Program-made: the position numbers and the translations under genes
The notes under the pieces: model-generated
What the model saw: only the letters and a program-made list of their open reading frames with translations
The model's database searches: none
What the model was told of the DNA's origin: nothing
Part shown: one piece after another, positions 18,615-24,517 of the stretch
Numbering within the stretch: the stretch's first letter is position 1
How the letters are laid out: the number at the start of each line of letters is the position of its first letter
NCBI GenBank assembly: GCA_044226625.1
Contig: JBGAGQ010000081.1
Coordinates: forward strand, 1-24,517
Length of the DNA stretch: 24,517 nt
Direction of reading: 5' to 3'
Origin: Thermoanaerobaculia bacterium
GTDB taxonomy: Bacteria > Acidobacteriota > Thermoanaerobaculia > Multivoradales > UBA5704

Positions 18615-19207
18615 CCGCGAGGACCCTCATCGCCCTCGGCCCGCTCGGCGCCCTCCCAGTGTTGCCGAGGGAGCTCGAACTGGGCGAACCGCGTCTCGGC
18701 CGGCCACTTCGGGTTGGGATTCGAACCGAAGCCGGTGAAATGAAATCCGACCTTCTCCAGGATGCGCCAGGAGGCGGCATTGGTTTCCAAGCACATCGCG
18801 GTCAACCGCTCGACCCGCAGGTCTCGGAAGGCCAGGTCGATCGCGGCGCGGGCAGCGGCGGTGGCATATCCGCGGCCCCAATAGGGTCGGCCGATCCAGT
18901 AACCCAGCTCGGCTCGGGAGATTCCCTCGCCCTCTCCCTCGGCCCCTTCGGCGCGAATTCCCAACAGCCCGCAGACCCCCACCAGCTTCGGGCTCGAATC
19001 GGCCGGGGCGGCCATCGCAACGACCGCGAACAACCTCTCCTCGCCGGCGGCTCGCTTTTCGATCGCCGAGCGGACGAACTGCTCGGCCCCATCGGGCGGA
19101 TAGGGCTCCGGGAGGTTGGTCGTCGCACCGATTGCCGGATCTTCCGCGAGAGGCTGGATGGCCCCCACGTGTTGCCACCCGACCGGCTCGAGGGTGACCG
19201 CAGCCAT
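18611..19207 (-). CDS. GNAT N-acetyltransferase, RimJ/RimL family
   Basis: LPEPY, AELGYWIGRPYWGRGYAT and NAASWRILEKVGF; GAGGTG RBS before ATG 19207. Confidence 0.92.
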   Translation of the reverse strand: MAAVTLEPVGWQHVGAIQPLAEDPAIGATTNLPEPYPPDGAEQFVRSAIEKRAAGEERLFAVVAMAAPADSSPKLVGVCGLLGIRAEGAEGEGEGISRAELGYWIGRPYWGRGYATAAARAAIDLAFRDLRVERLTAMCLETNAASWRILEKVGFHFTGFGSNPNPKWPAETRFAQFELPRQHWEGAERAEGDEGPRG

Positions 19208-19374
19208 TCGTTTCACCTCGTGGACTGAATAAATCGTTCGGCAAGCGTAACGCACTTCGAGTCTAGGCGCGAATGCTGATGATTCCTTGTCACGCTCCCC
19301 CTGGGCCCGCGCACCTCATTTTCCAAACGGAGAGAGCTTTTTCTTGCTTTCTGCCCGCGCGCGAGAGTCTCCCC

Positions 19375-20217
19375 ATGGAGCCGCCGAAGATGCACAAGGC
19401 CGGACCGGAGCCCGAGATCGAAGCGCGAGGAGGCCAGGACTCTCGCCGGCAGAATCCTTCCGGCGTTTCGAGGCTCGGGCGGCTCGTCGCCGCGTCCCCC
19501 GCGATGCGCCAGGTTCTCTCTCGCATGGCCGCCCTTGCCGGCTCGGATCTTCCGATCCTGATCGAAGGGGGGCCGGGCACCGGCAAGAGCCTCGCCGCTT
19601 CGACTCTTTGCGAGCTGAGCTACTGGGCGCGCTTTCCGCGCCTGGAGGTCGATCTCTCCGAATCGGGCGTGCCGGTCGAGGAGGGATTGGCGGAGATCCG
19701 CTCGCTCGCCCGCCGGGGATACGGCACGTTGATCTTCGAGTCGGTCGAAACGCTTTCGTCCGAACGGCAAAAGCTCCTGGTTCATCTTCTCGACGAAATC
19801 CTCCCCGTCGAGCATGGCGGAAAGCTCCGCCTGATCTCGACGAGCCGAAGGGAGCTGCGGGCCGAAGTGGCCCGAGGGCGCTTCCGGGCCGACCTCTACT
19901 ACCGGCTGCGCGGCGCCCTCCTTCGTATGCCGAGCTTCGCGGAACGGCCCGAAGATCTCCCTCTCGTGCTCGCCGACGCGATGCAGGGATCCCCTTTCGA
20001 GAGCTTCGACGGAGCCCGTCGCGCATCGGACGCGGGCGTTGCCGAGCCGCCCCGGAATCTACGGGAGTATCGCCGGAAGCAGGAGAGGGCGCTCGTCCTC
20101 GAAGCGCTCGAAGGGGTGCGCTGGAACGTCTCGGCCGCCGCCCGTGGATTGGGCCTCAGCCGCGTGGGCCTGAGCAAGAAGATGAAGGTGCTCGGCCTTG
20201 TCCGGCCCACGGCCTGA
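19375..20217 (+). CDS. Degenerate sigma54-activator-like AAA + Fis-type HTH regulator
   Basis: SPAM, LPILIEGGPGTGKS, GRFRADLYYRL, ERPEDLP and HTH WNVSAAARGLGLSR. GAFTGA is absent and Walker B is altered. Start ATG 19375 (alternatives 19273, 19390). Confidence 0.85.
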   Translation: MEPPKMHKAGPEPEIEARGGQDSRRQNPSGVSRLGRLVAASPAMRQVLSRMAALAGSDLPILIEGGPGTGKSLAASTLCELSYWARFPRLEVDLSESGVPVEEGLAEIRSLARRGYGTLIFESVETLSSERQKLLVHLLDEILPVEHGGKLRLISTSRRELRAEVARGRFRADLYYRLRGALLRMPSFAERPEDLPLVLADAMQGSPFESFDGARRASDAGVAEPPRNLREYRRKQERALVLEALEGVRWNVSAAARGLGLSRVGLSKKMKVLGLVRPTA

Positions 20218-20259
20218 GGACGCTTTCGAAACGGCAGGGCGACCGAGAATCGGCGACGC

Positions 20260-20553
20260 TCAGTTGGGCTCGGGAACCGACGGGTTGGCCGCGCCGCTCT
20301 GCGGAGGGGCGGGAGCCCCGTCCGGATCGAGGATGCTGCCATGGTTCGCGAACAGCTGATGGGGCCGATCCGGCTCGTTTCCGGCGAGGCCGATCGACTG
20401 GAAGATCCTCCCGATCAGCTCGTCGGCGAAGGCCCACAGACCGCGGCCCGTTTCGGCGGGACTGATGCCGGAGAGGGCCGACGCGGGCTGCGCGGCGGCG
20501 AGGAAGAGGGCGAGACTCGACAGAACCAAGACCTGCGGCAGTTTGCGGATCAT
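20260..20553 (-). CDS. Small secreted peptide precursor (97 aa) with GSILDPDG motif
   Basis: Strong AAAGGAG RBS 7 nt before ATG; Sec signal MIRKLPQVLVLSSLALFLAAAQPASA; amphipathic helix GLWAFADELIGRIFQSIGL; ANHGSILDPDG; Pro-rich tail. Confidence 0.8.
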   Translation of the reverse strand: MIRKLPQVLVLSSLALFLAAAQPASALSGISPAETGRGLWAFADELIGRIFQSIGLAGNEPDRPHQLFANHGSILDPDGAPAPPQSGAANPSVPEPN

Positions 20554-20579
20554 GCGCGGCTCCTTTGGAAGAGGTGAGG

Positions 20580-20599
20580 CTCGTAAAGTCGTTTACGAG
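20580..20599. promoter_or_regulatory. Perfect 8-4-8 inverted repeat upstream of the peptide gene
   Basis: CTCGTAAA-GTCG-TTTACGAG; function unknown. Confidence 0.55.
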
Positions 20600-20712
20600 G
20601 TTTCTTGTTTAGGGAACACAAATGCCGTTCAGGGCCATTTCTTGATCGAATGTATCCGAATTCGAGAACCTTGTGGGCGCATTTCTCCCTCTCCGGGCCC
20701 TTTTCCCCGGAT

Positions 20713-22002
20713 CTAGATGGTCGGTTGGCGTCGTTCGCGGGCCAGGTGGGCCGCGAGATGCTTCGCCAGGTTGAGCGTCAGCCGCTCCTCCTCACAAGCC
20801 CGCTGGAACAGCAGCAGCGAGGCGAGCGCTTCGCGTCGTATCTCTCGGTCTTCGAGCAGCGGCAGGATGTCGACCGCCAGGCGTTTGAGGTCGGCGAGCC
20901 GCGAGGTCTGGGTGTAGAGGATCGCGAGGTCGAGGCAGACCAACGCGGCGTCGATCCCCATGTGTCGGGCCAGGAAAGCCTCCTGCACCGATCGCAACGT
21001 CCTCTCGGCGACCTCGGTGTAGCCCTGTCGAAGCCGCAACCGCGCCTCGTACCAGGAAAGGCGGATCAGGTCGAGCTCACCGCCGAACCTTTGCGCGAGC
21101 GAAAGCACGGTCGGCAGCAGCGCCTCCGCTTCCGCGTGCAGCCCGCTTTGCACCATGCTCTCGAGAAGGTTGTTGTGCAGAACCAGATCGAGCCGGGGCT
21201 CCCGCTCCGGCGTGATCATCGCGGCGGCCCGGCGCAGGTGCGGGATCGCCTGGGCGGCCCGGTCCATCTCAAGCAGCGTATGCGCTTTGTTCAGGTACGC
21301 CCGTCCGGCGAGGTGGCGATCCCGTGCAGAGGAATCCTCGCAGTAGATCGAGATCGCGCGATCGATCAGGCCGAGCGCCTCGCCGAACCGGCGCTGATCG
21401 CGGCGGAGCGCGGCTTTGAGGACCGCGATCTCGGCCTCGATCCGTAGATTGCCCGTTCCGCTCGTCGCCATCGGATTTTCGGCCAGACGAAACGCGTCCT
21501 CCGCGCTTCGCAGCTCGCCGAGCACGCGCCGGGCGTTGCCGAGATGGGCGTAGGCCCGTGCCTGAAGATCGAGCACCCAGCACGGGTCGTAGGCCGGGCC
21601 GAGCTGGAGAGCGATCTGCACCGCCAGCTCCGCCGCGTCGACCGCCCGGGACGGGTCGTCGAGCGCCTCTCGGCGGCTGCGGGTGAGGAGCAGTTGGCAG
21701 AGGCCCCAGGTCTGGAGCTCGCCTCGTTCTCTGACGGCCCGATGCTGGTCGTCGAACGGCATCCGTTCGAGCTCCGCCAGCAGATCCACGGCCTCTCGCG
21801 CTTCGACCGCGGCCACCATCTCATCCCAATGTCCCATCTCCTCCAGCTGTTTCGCCAGCCGGTTGGCGGTCTCCTGGCACGTCGCGCAGGCCGACAAGAG
21901 GTGAGGAGCGATCGCGCGGAGCACCTCCTCGTGCTCCATGCGCCCAGAAAGCCACCGCGCCAGAGCCTCCATGTTCGGGTGGGACGAAAGAGATTCCGTC
22001 AA
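20713..22002 (-). CDS. TPR-repeat protein with N-terminal zf-HC2/ZAS-like zinc finger
   Basis: H8...H34-x4-C39-x2-C42 (HLLSACATC); TPR-like repeats ARAYAHLGNARRVLGELRSAEDAF, LRRDQRRFGEALGLIDRAISI and GRAYLNKAHTLLEMDRAAQAI; GGGGAGG RBS before TTG. Confidence 0.85.
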   Translation of the reverse strand: MTESLSSHPNMEALARWLSGRMEHEEVLRAIAPHLLSACATCQETANRLAKQLEEMGHWDEMVAAVEAREAVDLLAELERMPFDDQHRAVRERGELQTWGLCQLLLTRSRREALDDPSRAVDAAELAVQIALQLGPAYDPCWVLDLQARAYAHLGNARRVLGELRSAEDAFRLAENPMATSGTGNLRIEAEIAVLKAALRRDQRRFGEALGLIDRAISIYCEDSSARDRHLAGRAYLNKAHTLLEMDRAAQAIPHLRRAAAMITPEREPRLDLVLHNNLLESMVQSGLHAEAEALLPTVLSLAQRFGGELDLIRLSWYEARLRLRQGYTEVAERTLRSVQEAFLARHMGIDAALVCLDLAILYTQTSRLADLKRLAVDILPLLEDREIRREALASLLLFQRACEEERLTLNLAKHLAAHLARERRQPTI

Positions 22003-22199
22003 GATGCAGCCCTCCCCAGCGGGAATGTGTCCCCTTCGGAAAAAGTGTCGCTAAAAGGAACCAGTTTCCTCAGAGGGGAATTTTGGGACAACAATTTTCC
22101 TCACCCGGGAGAAAGGGGAGGATCTCGACCGGGGGAAGGTCTTCGAGGAATGCCGGGCGGGAGAAGCGCGGCCCAGGATTCGGGCGAGGGCCTCGTCGA

Positions 22200-23108
22200 T
22201 CAGGCGACCGGCGTCCCCTCGCTCGCGGTGAGGGCGCGGAACAGCGAAGACAGGCGGGCCGTCATCGGTCCCGGGAGGTCCGCGCCGGGGGACCCGATCC
22301 GGCGGCCGTCGATCTCCTTGACCGCGGCGAGCTCCCCCATCGTGCCGGTACAGAAAACCTCCTCCGCGCGATACGCCTCGGTGAGCGACAGGTCTCGCTC
22401 CGCGTGCGGGATGCCGTTCTTTCGGCAGAGGTCGAGCACGGTCGCCCGCGTGATCCCCTCCGGACAGGAATGGCAGAACGGCGTGAGCAACTCACCTCGC
22501 CGAACGAGGAAGACGTGGGTCGCGTTCGTCTCGGCGATGAAGCCGCGGGGGTCGAGCATCAGGGCGTCGTCGGCGCCCGCCTGGTTCGCCTGGATCTTCG
22601 CCAGGATCGACTGGATCAGGTTGCAATGGTGGATCTTCGGATCGAGCCCGTCGGGGGGGAAGCGACGGATCGTGCTGGTCACGAGCGTGAGGCCCGCCCG
22701 GCCGTACACCGGAGCCTTGTGCTCGGCAAGCACGATCAGGGTCGGCCCGCTCTGGTTGAGCCGCGGGTCCATGCCGCTCGTGATCTTGACGCCGCGAGTG
22801 AGGGTCAGGCGGATGTGGACCTGATCCCGCATCCCGTTCGCCTCGAGCGTCTTTCGAATCTCCGCGACGATCGCCTCGCGCGTGGGGATCTCGGCGAAGG
22901 CCAGCGCCTGCGCCGAGCCGGTCAACCGATCGAGATGCTCGTCGAGCTTGAACACCCGGCCATCGTAGACCCGCAGACCCTCCCAAACGGCGTCGCCCCC
23001 TTGCACGGCGGAGTCGAACGGGCTGATCCCGGCCTGATCGCGATGGACCAAGCGACCGTTGATGTTGACCAGCAGATCGCGATTCTTCTCGTTCCAGGTC
23101 TGGAGCAC
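22200..23108 (-). CDS. Aminotransferase class IV (BCAT/DAAT fold), BCAT-like subfamily
   Basis: ISPFDSAVQGGDAVWEGLRVY, HLDRL, GFIAETNATHVF, EGITR and AEEVFCTGTMGEL. GTG 23108 has a GAGG RBS. Confidence 0.9.
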   Translation of the reverse strand: MLQTWNEKNRDLLVNINGRLVHRDQAGISPFDSAVQGGDAVWEGLRVYDGRVFKLDEHLDRLTGSAQALAFAEIPTREAIVAEIRKTLEANGMRDQVHIRLTLTRGVKITSGMDPRLNQSGPTLIVLAEHKAPVYGRAGLTLVTSTIRRFPPDGLDPKIHHCNLIQSILAKIQANQAGADDALMLDPRGFIAETNATHVFLVRRGELLTPFCHSCPEGITRATVLDLCRKNGIPHAERDLSLTEAYRAEEVFCTGTMGELAAVKEIDGRRIGSPGADLPGPMTARLSSLFRALTASEGTPVA

Positions 23109-23187
23109 GGGGGGTCCTCGATCGGGGTTCGGAAGTTTTGGAATCGAGCCGGAGCTTCCGGTCGACTGGTGGTCGGTCGGCCTTACC

Positions 23188-24360
23188 TCAGCGTCCCATC
23201 CGGCGCGCAAGGATCTCGACGCCGCGCTCCACGACGTCGGGAGGCGCGGCGGTGAAGCAGAGCCGGGCATGGTTCGGATACGGGCCGAAGCTCGGGCCGG
23301 GCGACAGCAACAGCCCGTGATCGGCGCAATCCCCGAGGAAGCCTTCGAGCCCCCCTTCCTCGAGATGCTCGGCGACGTCGAGGAAGAAGAACGTGCTCCC
23401 TTTCGGCGTCGGCACGCCGAGCCGCTCCGCCGTCTTCGCCGCGGTCTCGGCATAGACGCGCCGGGCGTTTTCGATCCAAGCGTCTCCCGCGGGCGAGAGC
23501 GCCGCGAGCGCCGCGAGCTGCGAGGCGGTGGGCGTACTGTAAAAGCCGTGGGTGCTCACCTTGCGCAGGTCGGCCATCGTCTCGGCCGGGCCGACCACGT
23601 AGCCGCAGCGGTTGCCCGCCATGCCGAACGCTTTGGAGAACGAGTGGGCGGCGAACGTTCGCTCCGGCGCAAGCGGCCGGGTGTAGGCGTGCTCCCCCTC
23701 GAAGAGGTAATCCTCGTAGACCTCGTCGGCGAGGATCCATAGATCCTCCCGGCAGGCCCATTCGACGAGGGCCTCGATCCAGGACCGCGGGATCGTCAGA
23801 CCGCTCGGGTTGTTCGGCGTGCTCAAGTAGAGCGCGATCGTCCGCTCCGTGCGATGGCGGACGACCGCCTCGACGGCCGACTCGGGCGAATCGGGGAGGG
23901 CGTACGAAGGCTCCGGCGCGGCGAGAAAAGGCACCGGCACCGGCACCCCGTGGAACGAGCGGACGATCCCCGAGATCAGCGGCCAATACGGGGCGAGCAG
24001 GAGCACCTCGTCGCCCGGCGAGACGATCGCCCCGGCGACCGTGCTCAAACCGCCGGTCGCCCCGGTGGTCATCAAGACGTTCTCCGGGCCGGTCGGTGCG
24101 CCCGACCGCTCCCGCACCCGCTCCGCCAATCGGGAAACCAGCTCCGGGTTCCCCTGGACCGGCGCATACCGGTGCATGCCAGGATGATCGGCGACGCGAA
24201 AATCCTCCATCCGACAACCCGGCGGCGGCTCCATCCAGGTATCGCCGACCGAGAGCGGGTAGATCTCGCCCCGGTATCCCTCCAGACGGTGGGCCAGCTT
24301 CGAATAGACGGCTCCGGGAATCGCGGCGACGGTGGGAGCGACCTGAGGAAATCGGGGCAT
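23188..24360 (-). CDS. PLP-dependent aminotransferase class I/II (aspartate-aminotransferase-like)
   Basis: LSVGD, TTGATGG, PNNPSG, DEVY and SFSKAFGMAGNRCG with the PLP lysine intact. Start ATG 24360. Confidence 0.92.
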   Translation of the reverse strand: MPRFPQVAPTVAAIPGAVYSKLAHRLEGYRGEIYPLSVGDTWMEPPPGCRMEDFRVADHPGMHRYAPVQGNPELVSRLAERVRERSGAPTGPENVLMTTGATGGLSTVAGAIVSPGDEVLLLAPYWPLISGIVRSFHGVPVPVPFLAAPEPSYALPDSPESAVEAVVRHRTERTIALYLSTPNNPSGLTIPRSWIEALVEWACREDLWILADEVYEDYLFEGEHAYTRPLAPERTFAAHSFSKAFGMAGNRCGYVVGPAETMADLRKVSTHGFYSTPTASQLAALAALSPAGDAWIENARRVYAETAAKTAERLGVPTPKGSTFFFLDVAEHLEEGGLEGFLGDCADHGLLLSPGPSFGPYPNHARLCFTAAPPDVVERGVEILARRMGR

Positions 24361-24425
24361 GGCGGGGAGCCTAGCATTGGGGGAGGCCCGGGCCGGAACG
24401 GCCGCCGCCTGCCTGCCGATATACT
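24361..24425. promoter_or_regulatory. Divergent promoters: extended -10 TGcTAGGCT (minus strand, leaderless-type) and -10 TATACT (plus strand)
   Basis: agcctagca at 24368-24376 lies 7 nt from ATG 24360; TATACT at 24420-24425 precedes manC. Confidence 0.5.
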
Positions 24426-24455
24426 CCCCCGCCAAATTCTTCGGAGACCTCCCCC

Positions 24456-24517
24456 GTGAAAGCCCTCATTCTCGCCGGCGGCAGCGGCACCCGATTCTGG
24501 CCCTTGTCGCGGAAGGC
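24456..24517 (+). CDS. manC: Mannose-1-phosphate guanylyltransferase, 5' end (truncated by the window)
   Basis: GTG start with GGAG RBS; translates to MKALILAGGSGTRFWPLSRK, the ManC signature. Confidence 0.85.
   Translation, partial: MKALILAGGSGTRFWPLSRK

Noticed and set aside
19299-19330. ECF41-like promoter TGTCAC upstream of the degenerate activator
   Set aside because: No matching CGTC -10 at the expected spacing.
20620-20640. Sigma54 -24/-12 promoter for the peptide gene (TGGCCCTGAACGGCA)
   Set aside because: Spacing is GG-N9-GC, not the required GG-N10-GC.

Overview
High-GC bacterial chromosomal segment. Gene content and style suggest Acidobacteriota, possibly Thermoanaerobaculia, but that is inference. 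I call about 22 real genes; most long ORFs in the track are GC-rich shadow frames. From left to right: (1) a start-less IS21 istB remnant, a membrane acyltransferase, a secreted HExxH metallopeptidase-like protein and a znuACB-type metal ABC transporter; (2) a short TPR-like protein; (3) a serine hydrolase, an SDR/epimerase and a membrane spermidine-synthase-like protein; (4) an envelope module of DUF2339, DUF3999, a LiaF-like protein and a LytS-type kinase, with a LytTR-type operator but no response regulator; (5) DUF4442 and a GNAT; (6) a degenerate sigma54-activator-like regulator; (7) a Zn-finger/TPR protein followed by a small secreted peptide precursor carrying GSILDPDG; (8) two PLP-fold aminotransferases and the 5' end of manC. 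The best candidate for an undescribed system is the TPR protein plus secreted peptide cassette at 20260-22002. It resembles an RRNPP (Rap-Phr type) peptide-signalling unit with an anti-sigma-like zinc finger, and a truncated paralogue lies at 6228-7034. All calls come from reading motifs by eye; no searches were run.
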